A stretch of DNA of 64,000 bases from an uncultured delta proteobacterium (GCA_963832165.1 CAWHTE010000011.1:672001-736000); one strand, 5' to 3'. Counted from the stretch's first letter, positions 1 through 9,214 are shown. Made by a program: numbers and translations. Notes: generated from the letters alone by a model not told the origin.

Positions 1-32
1 GCGGCCCGAGGCGACATCGCGCGTTGCCCGGC

Positions 33-128
33 TCATGGCCGGCCCTGAAGGTTGCGCGCCGCGGACCGATTCTCCTGCCCGCTTCCGGCGACGATCGCGG
101 CCTGGCCGTTCCGATCGATAGGGTCCAC
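33..128 (-). pseudogene. 31-aa relic resembling the N-terminus of a short-chain dehydrogenase
   Basis: GAAGGAG RBS then GTG at 128. VDPIDRNGQAAIVAGSG resembles VASIDLGGQAAIVTGAG of the SDR at 48576. The stop overlaps an ATG at 36 whose frame runs off the left edge. Confidence 0.45.
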
Positions 129-236
129 CTGGGCTCCTTCCGCGAAGCGTCCACGCAACCGGCGCGAATGTAACGAAAATACTTGACGCCGGAATGCGCC
201 CGGCGCAGCCTGGGAAGCACCACGGCAGGAGCGGTG

Positions 237-1064
237 ATGAGCCAGCACGTCGAAGTGGGGCGGGCGTTCGGAGCGATCGATCGAACGGGTCGGCCCGAGG
301 CCTTCGTGTCGGTGCTCGAGCACCAGCTGCGCCAGTCCACGATCCTCGAGCAGAAGCGCCGTGCCGCAGAGCTGCTCCGACTTCGTGCGGGGGATCGGGT
401 CCTGGACGTGGGCTGCGGAACCGGGCATGACGCGCTCGCGCTCGCCGAGCGGGTCGGACCGCGGGGTAGCGTGGTAGCGGTCGACAGCAGTGCGGCGATG
501 ATCGAGACCGCCCAGCGGCGCGGGGCGGGCATGCCTTTGCGCGTCGAATTCAGCGTCGGCGACGCCACGCGGCTCGACTTCGCCGACGCGAGCTTCGACG
601 CCGTCCACTCCGAGCGCGTACTCGTGCACATCGTCGAGCCCCTGCGCGCGTTGCGCGAGATGGTCCGGGTGCTGCGGCCGGGAGGGCGGATCGTGGTCAC
701 CGACGTCGACATCGGGACCTGGTTCGTGAGCCATCCCGATCGCGCGCTCACGCGGATCGTGGCGAACTCCGTGTGCGACGCGGTGGCCAACGGGTGGATG
801 GGTCGGCAGCTTCGCGGGCTGTTCCAACAGGCCCGGCTCGTGGACGTCGAAGCTCACCCGGGCATTCTCTTCTTCACCGATCTCGAGTCGCTGCTGGGCA
901 CGATGAGCCTGCCGGCCACGCTCGATCGCGTCGTGGAGCAGGGCCTTGCCGGCCGGGAAGAAGTCGATGCGTGGTTCCGGATCCTCGAGTCCGAGAGCGC
1001 TGCCGACCGCTTCAGCGCCGGTACGGTGCAGATCACCGTGGTCGGGTCGAGGCAGGGCGGGTAG
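237..1064 (+). CDS. Class I SAM-dependent methyltransferase (UbiE/COQ5-like)
   Basis: VLDVGCGTG motif I, FDAV and LRPGGRIV motifs; CAGGAG RBS before ATG 237. Confidence 0.9.
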   Translation: MSQHVEVGRAFGAIDRTGRPEAFVSVLEHQLRQSTILEQKRRAAELLRLRAGDRVLDVGCGTGHDALALAERVGPRGSVVAVDSSAAMIETAQRRGAGMPLRVEFSVGDATRLDFADASFDAVHSERVLVHIVEPLRALREMVRVLRPGGRIVVTDVDIGTWFVSHPDRALTRIVANSVCDAVANGWMGRQLRGLFQQARLVDVEAHPGILFFTDLESLLGTMSLPATLDRVVEQGLAGREEVDAWFRILESESAADRFSAGTVQITVVGSRQGG

Positions 1065-1082
1065 AGCAGAACGCAGCGGTTC

Positions 1083-1940
1083 TCAGTCGATGGCTCGCGC
1101 GAGCTCCGGCCAATGGCGCAGCGCGGTGCCGCCCAGGAACCAGTCGCGTTCCTCGGCGCTGAGCCTGGCCGCGGCGCGTCGGCCGTAATCGGCGATCTCC
1201 GCGTAGGGCCACATCCGGGTGTGCGACCAATCCGATCCCCACATGAGCCGCGATGCACCGAAGCGAGCTGCGAGCTCCCGCACGTAGTCGGCCGGGTCGC
1301 CCTGTGACTCGGCGAGGCGAAGCGCAACGGTCGAGACCTTCAGGGATACGTGTTCGAACGAAGCCAACGCCGCGAGCTCGGCCGGCACTCCGCTCCGGGG
1401 CTCCACCAGCCCCCCGTGGTCCAGGACCACGGGCACCTGTGGCAGTCGGGTCAGCGCCTCGAACAGTTCCGCGAGTCGTTCTGGCAGCACGGCCACGAGC
1501 ATCGGGATCCCGAGCCTCGCGACCGCCTCCCACACGTCTCGCGGCTCGTCGATCGACAAGGGCGCCGCAGTGAAGTGACCCTCTGCGTGCTCGCGCATCG
1601 ACGAGATCCGCGTGCCCACCCAACGCTGGCCGCGAGCACCCGCCGCGACGAGCCGACTCAGCTCGGTCCTCGCGTCTGGCGCGTTCTGATCGATACCGAC
1701 CACCGCGCTACAACGACGCGGAAAGCGCCGCGCGGCATCGAGCACGTACCGGTTGTCGTACTGATACGCCGTGCCCGCCTGGACGAGCACGGCACCGTCC
1801 ACGCCGGCCTCGTCCATCAGCGAGACGAGTTGCTCGACCGAGCAGGGTGCGTCTCGGAACCAGGGATCGAGCGAGCCGGCCGGATCGAGCGGGAAGCGCG
1901 CCTCGTCCTCGCCGATCACGTGGACGTGTGTGTCGATCAT
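1083..1940 (-). CDS. Amidohydrolase family 2 protein (LigI/lactonase-like)
   Basis: IDTHVH, VVLDHGG and RLMWGSDW motifs. Confidence 0.88.
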   Translation of the reverse strand: MIDTHVHVIGEDEARFPLDPAGSLDPWFRDAPCSVEQLVSLMDEAGVDGAVLVQAGTAYQYDNRYVLDAARRFPRRCSAVVGIDQNAPDARTELSRLVAAGARGQRWVGTRISSMREHAEGHFTAAPLSIDEPRDVWEAVARLGIPMLVAVLPERLAELFEALTRLPQVPVVLDHGGLVEPRSGVPAELAALASFEHVSLKVSTVALRLAESQGDPADYVRELAARFGASRLMWGSDWSHTRMWPYAEIADYGRRAAARLSAEERDWFLGGTALRHWPELARAID

Positions 1941-2204
1941 TCCAGCCAAGGTCCGCTCCGGGTGGGCCGGGGGTCGTCGCAGTTGTAAACTCAACTATCA
2001 CAATATTAGCGAAACCGCGAAACGGGGATCGCCGATCACCCCGGTCCCGGGTGGAAAGCTGCGAGTGCCCTAAACACTGGGGCCGAGGTCGTTCGCGGGC
2101 TCGGAACATGAGGTAAAACACCTCACAAAGGGCGAGATGGACCAGCAAATTCGAGTGTTGGCACCCCCGCGGGCGATCGCTGCGCAAATCCCTCGCGCGC
2201 GATT

Positions 2205-2276
2205 TCAAGAATTGCGCGCAGAAGTCACAAAAATGCTTGACCCCAGCGGCGGGCACTTCATATCCTGCCGTGCAAG
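2205..2276 (+). promoter_or_regulatory. Sigma70-like promoter plus upstream boxes for PEP-CTERM gene 1
   Basis: TCAAGAATT 2205, AGTCACAAAA 2223, TTGACC 2237, 18-bp spacer, TATCCT 2261; the same blocks recur at 3670-3741. Confidence 0.7.
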
Positions 2277-2320
2277 GGGGGTCACACACCCTCGGCGTGA
2301 CCCGACCACAGGAGGCAACC

Positions 2321-3313
2321 ATGTCGATCCGATCTCGCAGGTCCTCGCTCGTGGCGCTCGTCGTTCTGGCGGGAGCCGCTCTGTTAATCGCGATTCCGGC
2401 GCTGGCTCAGCCCGTGCTCTACAGCGGAACGATGCGCGTCATCGTCCGCACGGGTCAGGTCCCCAACAATGCGCCCGGTGGCATTCCGACGTACGGCGGG
2501 GTGCTCAATCTCACGACGATGGACGGCATCACCGTGATGGCGGGAGATGCCAACTGGACCACGTCGTTCATGGTCACGAACCCGCCGACCTTCGCGGGCG
2601 TGCTCCAGCAGACGAGCTTTCTGAGCGTGATGAACCCGACGAACGGTATCGCCAAGCCGGGCAATGGCCCCGGGCCGTTCACGTTCGCGCACCCGTCACC
2701 CACAGGGGGTCCACCGTTCGACCCGGTATTGGGCGTATCCAAGCGGCTCGGCGCCGTATCGATGCCCGGCGGTCCCGGGGACTTCGGTGGGACGTTCCCA
2801 TTCCTGTTCAACTTCGTTGCCAGTCTCGTGTTCTACGGCGGTGGCGGCGGCAATCCGAACCTCGCGTGTCCGGCCGGTGTGAACGGTATCCACGGCGCCC
2901 CGAGCGTGATCGGCATCCACGCCCAGTGCATCGGTCTGACGACCGGCCCGCTTCCGGCGAAGACGCTGCCGTCGGTGATGGCCGACCGGTTCAACACGCT
3001 CACGCTGTTCCGGGCGACGACGGGTCCCGTGTTCGCCGCGGCACCCGCACCGTTCGTGGCCACCACGCTCACACAGACGGGCAGCGACAACCGCAACGTG
3101 GCGGGAACGATGGGCACGATCCAGCTCGTCGCGCCGTTCCTGTTCAGCGGGCAGTCCGGCGGCTCTGGCAATCCCGCAGGCCAGAATCAGGCAGCCGCCA
3201 TCACGGAATGGACCCTCACGTTGATGCCCGAGCCGGGCATGGCCCTCGCGCTGGTGGGCGGCATCGCTGCGCTCGTCGGGCTCCGCTTCGCCGAGCGGCG
3301 TCGCCAGGACTAG
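2321..3313 (+). CDS. PEP-CTERM sorting-domain surface protein, copy 1
   Basis: GGAGG RBS; signal peptide ending PALA-Q; C-terminal MPEP, hydrophobic helix and basic tail RRRQD. Confidence 0.9.
   Translation: MSIRSRRSSLVALVVLAGAALLIAIPALAQPVLYSGTMRVIVRTGQVPNNAPGGIPTYGGVLNLTTMDGITVMAGDANWTTSFMVTNPPTFAGVLQQTSFLSVMNPTNGIAKPGNGPGPFTFAHPSPTGGPPFDPVLGVSKRLGAVSMPGGPGDFGGTFPFLFNFVASLVFYGGGGGNPNLACPAGVNGIHGAPSVIGIHAQCIGLTTGPLPAKTLPSVMADRFNTLTLFRATTGPVFAAAPAPFVATTLTQTGSDNRNVAGTMGTIQLVAPFLFSGQSGGSGNPAGQNQAAAITEWTLTLMPEPGMALALVGGIAALVGLRFAERRRQD
2384..3313 (+). repeat. 930-bp direct repeat, copy 1 (partner 3848..4777)
   Basis: Colinear match at offset 1464, about 12 substitutions by manual comparison. 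Confidence 0.97.
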
Positions 3314-3335
3314 ATTTTCCCTCGACCGAGAACGA

Positions 3336-3370
3336 GCAGGGTCCCGTCGGCTGCCCCGACGGGACCCTGC
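3336..3370 (+). terminator. Stem-loop after PEP-CTERM gene 1
   Basis: Perfect 15-bp stem GCAGGGTCCCGTCGG/CCGACGGGACCCTGC, 5-nt loop, 22 nt after the stop; no U-tract. Confidence 0.7.
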
Positions 3371-3425
3371 CCATGTCGTGCGCGCCTACCTTGTTAGGTA
3401 AGCCTGATCTAGGTCAGACGATCGC

Positions 3426-3457
3426 GGATCCGCGACGTCGCACGACGTCGCGGATCC
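3426..3457. repeat. Perfect inverted repeat, 15-bp arms, 2-nt spacer
   Basis: GGATCCGCGACGTCG-CA-CGACGTCGCGGATCC. Confidence 0.9.
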
Positions 3458-3669
3458 ATCCGCGCGCTCACCGAGAGTTAGCCCCGGTTCCATGCGCCGC
3501 GTTCCGGCACGACGCGCAGCCCGCCCAGCGCTGTACCCGTGGTGCACGAGAACGACGAGCTTTCGACTCGCCGTCGATGCGGGCATCGAGGAATCGCACG
3601 AGCGCGCGCACGCCAACTGGCCCGCGCCTGCCAGTCATTTTTAGGCGTGGGGTATTAATAAAAGCAACC

Positions 3670-3741
3670 TCAAGAATTTCGACAAAATAGTCACAAAATC
3701 GATTGACCCGGCTCCGAGCGCCTCATATCCTGCGCTGCAAG
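3670..3741 (+). promoter_or_regulatory. Sigma70-like promoter plus upstream boxes for PEP-CTERM gene 2
   Basis: TCAAGAATT 3670, AGTCACAAAA 3689, TTGACC 3703, 17-bp spacer, TATCCT 3726; A-tracts phased at 11 bp. Confidence 0.72.
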
Positions 3742-3781
3742 AGGCCGATATACGACGCTATCCGGCCGAGGAGCTAACAAA

Positions 3782-4777
3782 ATGTCGATCCATTCCCGCG
3801 GAAGGGCGCTTGCGGCGCTCAGCTTCGGTTTGACGATGGCAGCTGCATTAATCGCGAGTCCGGCGCTGGCTCAGCCCGTGCTCTACAGCGGAACGATGCG
3901 CGTCATCGTCCGCACGGGTCAGGTGCCCAACAAGGCGCCCGGTGGCATTCCGACGTACGGCGGGGTGCTCAATCTCACGACGATGGACGGCATCACCGTG
4001 ATGGCGGGAGATGCCAACTGGACCACGTCGTTCATGGTCACGAACCCGCCGACCTTCGCGGGCGTGCTCCAGCAGACGAGCTTTCTGAGCGTGATGAACC
4101 CGACGAACGGTATCGCCAAGCCGGGCAATGGCCCCGGGCCGTTCACGTTCGCGCACCCGTCACCCACAGGGGGTCCACCGTTCGACCCGGTATTGGGCGT
4201 ATCCAAGCGGCTCGGCGCCGTATCGATGCCCGGCGGTCCCGGGGACTTCGGTGGGACGTTCCCATTCCTGTGGAACTTCGTTGCCAGTCTCGTGTTCTAC
4301 GGCGGTGGCGGCGGCAATCCGAATCTCGCGTGTCCGGCCGCTGTGGGCGGCATCCACGGCGCCCCGAGCGTGATCGGCATCCACGCCCAGTGCATCGGTC
4401 TGACGACCGGCCCGCTTCCGGCGAAGACGCTGCCGTCGGTGATGGCCGACCGGTTCAACACGCTCACGCTGTTCCGGGCGACGACGGGTCCCGTGTTCGC
4501 CGCGGCACCCGCACCGTTCGTGGCCACCACGCTCACACAGACGGGCAGCGACAACCGCAACGTGGCGGGAACGATGGGCACGATCCAGCTCGTCGCGCCG
4601 TTCCTGTTCAGCGGGCAGTCCGGCGGCTCTGGCAATCCCGCAGGCCAGAATCAGGCAGCCGCCATGACGGAATGGACCCTCACGTTGATGCCCGAGCCGG
4701 GCATGGCCCTCGCGCTGGTGGGCGGCATCGCTGCGCTCGTCGGGCTCCGCTTCGCCGAGCGGCGCCGCCAGGACTAG
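3782..4777 (+). CDS. PEP-CTERM sorting-domain surface protein, copy 2
   Basis: GAGGAG RBS; own signal peptide; mature part nearly identical to copy 1; same MPEP-TM-RRR tail. Confidence 0.9.
   Translation: MSIHSRGRALAALSFGLTMAAALIASPALAQPVLYSGTMRVIVRTGQVPNKAPGGIPTYGGVLNLTTMDGITVMAGDANWTTSFMVTNPPTFAGVLQQTSFLSVMNPTNGIAKPGNGPGPFTFAHPSPTGGPPFDPVLGVSKRLGAVSMPGGPGDFGGTFPFLWNFVASLVFYGGGGGNPNLACPAAVGGIHGAPSVIGIHAQCIGLTTGPLPAKTLPSVMADRFNTLTLFRATTGPVFAAAPAPFVATTLTQTGSDNRNVAGTMGTIQLVAPFLFSGQSGGSGNPAGQNQAAAMTEWTLTLMPEPGMALALVGGIAALVGLRFAERRRQD
3848..4777 (+). repeat. 930-bp direct repeat, copy 2 (partner 2384..3313)
   Basis: Colinear match to 2384..3313; identity ends at the stop codon. Confidence 0.97.
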
Positions 4778-4796
4778 CGGCCTCGCACGACCAGGA

Positions 4797-4834
4797 CGGG
4801 TGGGCCCCGTGCTACGCACGGGAGGACCCACCCG
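4797..4834. terminator. Imperfect hairpin between convergent genes (possible bidirectional terminator)
   Basis: CGGGTGGG..CCCGTGC-TAC-GCACGGG..CCCACCCG between the stops at 4777 and 4843. Confidence 0.6.
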
Positions 4835-4842
4835 CTGCTGGA

Positions 4843-5523
4843 TCAAGCGCTTCTCGGTTCGCGCAGACCTCCCAGCACGAACTCGATCATCTCCTCTATC
4901 AGCTCATCGGCGCCGACGCGGCCGCCGGGTCGGTACCAGTCGCAGACCTGGACGAGTAGTCCGAGCGTCGTCGCGGCCAGGATGTCCGGATCCCCGGCGC
5001 GGAAGACTCCCTCTTTCTGCCCCGCGACGATCAATTGCCGGAGAGCCGTGAAGTACGCGCGGCGGAAGTTTCGCGCCCAGTCCCCGATCTCGCCTTCCAT
5101 GCGCGCGAGCTGGCGACCGATCAATCCGACTTCGGTTGGATAGGCCACGGTCAACTTCATACGCGCCCGCAGGATGTGCTCGAGTCGTTCGGCGGGAGGA
5201 CCCTCCCGGGCGGCCTCCTCCTCGATGTCGAGCGTGCCGACCACGTTATTGACGAGGCGCTCGTAGATCTCTTCTTTCGAGCCAAAGTAGTGATAGAGGC
5301 TGCCGCGTACGATTCCGGCCTCACGCGCGATGTCGTCGAGCTTGGTGCCCTCGAAGCCCAACTTGTAGAAGACTTCGGCCGCGATCTTGAGGATCTCCTC
5401 GTCGCGGGGCAGGTCACGGGCGACGGCCTTACCCTGTCGCGGGCGACCGCGGCGGCGCGGCTTGCCCTTGGTCGCAGCCCGCTTCAACGAAGCGGCCGCC
5501 GCCGCCTTTGCTCCGGGGGACAT
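4843..5523 (-). CDS. TetR/AcrR family regulator (KstR2-like C-terminus)
   Basis: HTH GFEGTKLDDIAREAGIVRGSLYHYFGSKEE; WYRPGG near the C-terminus; GGAGGAG RBS. Confidence 0.92.
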   Translation of the reverse strand: MSPGAKAAAAASLKRAATKGKPRRRGRPRQGKAVARDLPRDEEILKIAAEVFYKLGFEGTKLDDIAREAGIVRGSLYHYFGSKEEIYERLVNNVVGTLDIEEEAAREGPPAERLEHILRARMKLTVAYPTEVGLIGRQLARMEGEIGDWARNFRRAYFTALRQLIVAGQKEGVFRAGDPDILAATTLGLLVQVCDWYRPGGRVGADELIEEMIEFVLGGLREPRSA

Positions 5524-5697
5524 CGTCTCCTCCTCCGGCGCAGGGCCGGCAGGACCGTTCGCGTGCGACACATTTCCGATTTCCGATACGCATCGGCTCG
5601 TTAATTGGAATCGTAGCATCCATCGAAACCGCGCACCTCTGCGCGCGCGTCCCGAACCGCCCGCTGCGTCACGGTACTTGGACGCTAGTGTCGATTC

Positions 5698-7286
5698 TCA
5701 AGCGCCGCCGCGCGCGAGCTGCTGCGCCCATCGGTAATCGGGCTTTCCACTGGGCGATCGCACGAGCGTTTCGACGACGTGCAGCTGCCTGGGCACCTTG
5801 TAGTCGGCGAGCCGCGTCCGGGCGTGAGCCGCCAGCTGCTCGAGCGTCGGTCGCGTGCCGGGGCGCGGCTGGACGACGACGGCCACGCGCTCGCCGAAAC
5901 GCTCGTCGGGCACGCCGACCACGACAGCGTCGAGGACGTCCGGATGCGATCGCACCGCGAGCTCTACCTCCTCGGGGAACACCTTCTCGCCGCCCGTGTT
6001 GATGCTGACCGAGCCGCGACCGAGCACGGTGATCGTCCCGTCCGTTTCGACCAGCGCCCAGTCGCCCGGTACCACCCATCGCTTGCCGGCGGCGTCGACC
6101 GGAAAGGTCTCCGCGGTTTTTCTCGGGTCCTTGTAGTAGCCGATCGGAATCCGCCCACTGCGCGCCAACCGACCGCGCCGGCCAGAGCCAGGCGCGATCG
6201 GGCCAGCTCGTCGTCGAGCACGGTCGTGCTGTCGTTCATCGTGAACCGCGGGCTGCCCTGGCCGCCGCGACCCACGAGCTGTCCTTGCGACCCGCTTTCC
6301 GACGATCCGAAGCTGTCGGCGATCACGAGGTCCGGCAATACCGATCGCAGCGCATCCTTCACACCGTCGGAGAGGATCGCGCCGCCCGATCCGATCATGC
6401 GCAGGGACGCGAGCCCGTAGCGGCCCGGATCGCGCTGGAGCGTGTCCGCGAGCGGACGCGCCATCGCGTCGCCGACCACCTGGATGCCGCTGACCCGTTC
6501 CTCGGCGGCGAGCCGCCAGATCGCCTCGGGATCGAAACGTGAGTCCGTCCACAACACCACGACGCGTCCGGCGAACCAGGCCGCCAGCGCGGCCCACTGC
6601 GCGGCGCCGTGCATGAGCGGTGCCGTCACGAGCGAGCGCCTGGGAGGCTGAGCGGACACCGTTTCCGCCAGGTCCTCGGCGCGATCGGGAAGCTGTTTGT
6701 GCGAGAGCGGAAGGATCGCGCCGAACAGGATGTCCTCGTGATGCCACATCACGCCTTTGGGCATGCCCGTGGTACCGCCCGTGTAGAGGATGTAGAGATC
6801 CTGGGCGGAGCGCGGCGCGAAGTCGCGCGCCGGGGAGCCTTCGGCGACGACCCGTTCGAAGTCGCGATCGCCGGGGTCCGCTGCTTCGCCGTCGTGGACC
6901 GCGAGCGCGTGCGTCGGTCGGCCGACGCGGCGCCGCGCTTCCCGCACGGCGGGCGAGAAGCGGCGGTCGTAGAGCAGCGCGACCAGGTCGGCGTTGTCGT
7001 AGAGGTAGGCGAGCTCGTCCGCGACGTAGCGGTAGTTCACGTTGATCGGAACCGCACGCAACTTGTACGCGGCGAGCATGCCCTCGAGATAAGCCGCGCC
7101 GTTCAGCAGCTGGAGCCCCACGTGATCGCCGGCGCGAATGCCCATTTCGGACAGCGCGTGGGCGACGCGATTAGCGCGCGCGTCGAGCTCGGCGAACGAG
7201 AGGCGCGTGTCACCCGCCACGAGGGCGGGGCGGGTGGGCTGGGCGTCTGCGACGATCTCGAACAGGTCCGCGATGTTGAAGACCAT
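5698..7286 (-). pseudogene. Acyl-CoA synthetase (FadD19-like), one frameshift near 6203
   Basis: LYTGGTTGMPKG and FGSSE in ORF 5964..7286; GYYKDP, GRGSVSINTGGEKVFPEEVE and SGKPDY in another frame. May be a sequencing error. Confidence 0.8.
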
Positions 7287-7335
7287 GCGGGTGGCTCCCG
7301 GATCTCGCCCCCGGGGGACGGGAGGCTATATTATT

Positions 7336-7350
7336 GTTACCTGTAGGTAC
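7336..7350. promoter_or_regulatory. Palindromic operator candidate GTTACCTGTAGGTAC
   Basis: TACCT-GT-AGGTA dyad in an AT-rich divergent intergenic region; related sites at 14679, 26370 and 56843. Confidence 0.55.
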
Positions 7351-7397
7351 GTTAAAATCCATCCCGTGGATGCGCCGGCGGGGCAGGAGGCGACGTC

Positions 7398-8162
7398 GTG
7401 AAGGGCGAATTCGACGAATACCGCGACCGCTATCCCAACGTCGCGCTGACTCGCAGCGAGGGAATCCTCGAGATGCGCATCCATTCCGACGGGGGACCGC
7501 TCGTGTGGGGACGCGGTCCGCACCGCCAGCTCGGGCAGTGCTTCGCGGATATCGGGTCCGATCCCACGAATCGCGTGGTGATCCTGACCGGAACCGGCGA
7601 ACAATTCTGCGCGCGGATCGACGACAGCCTCGCCGAGTTCGACTCCGCGCTCTGGGACGAGCTGTTCCACGATGCGCGGCGTTTGCTCACGAACCTGCTG
7701 GAGATCGAAGTACCCGTAATCACCGCGGTCAACGGAAGGGCCTCGGTGCACGCGGAGCTCGGTGTCCTCGGCGACATCGTGCTCGCGGCCGAGGACGCAT
7801 TCTTCCAGGACGCGGCGCACTTCCGCCACGGCACCGTGCCCGGTGACGGCGTGCACGTGATCTGGCCCCATCTGATCGGACCCGTGCGAGCGCGCTACTT
7901 CCTGATGACGGCTCAGCGGCTGAGCGCGCGGGACGCGCTGCAGCTGGGCTTCGTGAACGAGCTACATCCGCGCGAAGCGCTTCTGCCCCGCGCGCGCGAG
8001 CTCGCGCGGGAGTTCGCGCGTCAGCCCGACTCCACCCTGCGTTATACGCGCGCGCTCTTCACTCGCCCGCTCAAGCGCATGTTGCTCGACGACCTCGGCT
8101 TCGGGCTCGCCGTGGAGGGTCTCGGCGCGCACGCGCACTGGCCATCGCGCTCCCGGGGTTGA
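7398..8162 (+). CDS. Crotonase superfamily, 6-oxocamphor hydrolase (beta-diketone hydrolase)-like
   Basis: VVILTGTG, WDELFHDARRLLTNLLEIEVPVITAVNG and FQDAAHFRHGTVPGDGVHVIWP match my recollection of Rhodococcus CamK. Confidence 0.82.
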   Translation: MKGEFDEYRDRYPNVALTRSEGILEMRIHSDGGPLVWGRGPHRQLGQCFADIGSDPTNRVVILTGTGEQFCARIDDSLAEFDSALWDELFHDARRLLTNLLEIEVPVITAVNGRASVHAELGVLGDIVLAAEDAFFQDAAHFRHGTVPGDGVHVIWPHLIGPVRARYFLMTAQRLSARDALQLGFVNELHPREALLPRARELAREFARQPDSTLRYTRALFTRPLKRMLLDDLGFGLAVEGLGAHAHWPSRSRG

Positions 8163-8224
8163 ATATTTTCGTCAGGTGCAAAAAGAAAAGAACGAGACAC
8201 GAGACCGCGGCGGGAGACGGCCCC

Positions 8225-9214
8225 TTGATCGAAGTCGGATTGATGATCGACCTGCGCAATCCGCCGCAGTGGCGGCGCCCGTGGAGCCGCCTTTACGCGC
8301 AAACGCTCGAGCAGGTCGAGAACGCGGAGCGACTCGGTGCCGCGTCGGTCTGGACTTCGGAGCACCATTTCTTCGAGGACGGTTATCTCTCGCAGCCCCT
8401 GACGCTCGCCGCGGCGTTGGCCGCGCGAACGCGCACGATGCGGATCGGCACCGCCGTTCTGTTGGCGCCGTTGCGCTCGGCGCTCCAGATCGCCGAAGAG
8501 GCCGCGATCGTCGATCTCGTCAGCGGCGGGCGCCTCGACCTCGGGTTGGGCGCGGGCTACCGGCTCCCCGAGTTCGAGGCATTCGGCGGCGACTTTGCGC
8601 GCCGTTTCTCGACGCTCCGCGAGCGGATCCGCGAGATCCGCGCACTTCTCGCGAGCGGACGCGTGATGCCACCGCCGGTCCAGGATCCACTGCCGGTCTG
8701 GTTCGGTGCGGGCTCGCCCAAGGCGGCGCGCGGCGCCGGACGCATGGGTCTTCCGCTGCTCAACGTGTCGCCGGACCTGGCCGGGCCCTATCTGGATGGG
8801 CTGAGCGAGGGCGGCCACGCGTCCGGTACGGGGCGGATGGCGGGCCTGCTGAACTGGTTGATCACGGACGATCCCGAGCGGGCGTGGGCGCGCGCGCGTC
8901 CGCACATCCAGTATCAGTGGGACAGCTACGGCCGGTACGGCGTCGAAGGACTCGGCGTCGAGGCGCCGCCGCCGATCGACGTCGAGGCGATGCGCACGCC
9001 GCGGCCCGACGGAGGCCCGCCGTTCCTCGGCGCGTTCACCCCCGACCAGGCGGCGAGCATGATCGGCGAGATCGCGCGCCATGGCCCGGTCGAGAGTGTC
9101 CACTTCTGGAACTCGATGGCGGGTCTCCCCGACGACCTCGCGCAGCGCCACGTGGAGCTCGTCTGCACGAAGCTGCGTTCCGCGCTCGAGTCCCTGGGTC
9201 GAGCCCGAGAGTGA
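8225..9214 (+). CDS. LLM class flavin-dependent oxidoreductase
   Basis: VWTSEHHF, IAEEAAIVDLVSGGRLDLGLGAGY; TTG start inferred. Confidence 0.88.
   Translation: MIEVGLMIDLRNPPQWRRPWSRLYAQTLEQVENAERLGAASVWTSEHHFFEDGYLSQPLTLAAALAARTRTMRIGTAVLLAPLRSALQIAEEAAIVDLVSGGRLDLGLGAGYRLPEFEAFGGDFARRFSTLRERIREIRALLASGRVMPPPVQDPLPVWFGAGSPKAARGAGRMGLPLLNVSPDLAGPYLDGLSEGGHASGTGRMAGLLNWLITDDPERAWARARPHIQYQWDSYGRYGVEGLGVEAPPPIDVEAMRTPRPDGGPPFLGAFTPDQAASMIGEIARHGPVESVHFWNSMAGLPDDLAQRHVELVCTKLRSALESLGRARE

Noticed and set aside
2137..3690. 517-aa ORF and the 2237 start for PEP-CTERM gene 1
   Set aside because: The long ORF is an Arg-rich off-frame shadow; the TTG at 2237 is the -35 box, while the RBS and signal peptide support ATG 2321
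2384..4777. Diversity-generating retroelement (template/variable repeat pair)
   Set aside because: Differences are not adenine-specific (mostly T/G, C/G, T/C), both copies are full genes, and there is no reverse transcriptase in the window
8160..8220. A-rich patch with CGAGAC repeats as a possible element end
   Set aside because: Only two or three short units, no partner inverted repeat and no transposase; treated as ordinary intergenic DNA
8176..9210. 893-aa fusion-length version of the CoA ligase
   Set aside because: The N-terminal 345 aa are the off-frame overlap of the LLM gene; the GTGA coupling at 9211 gives a normal-sized ligase
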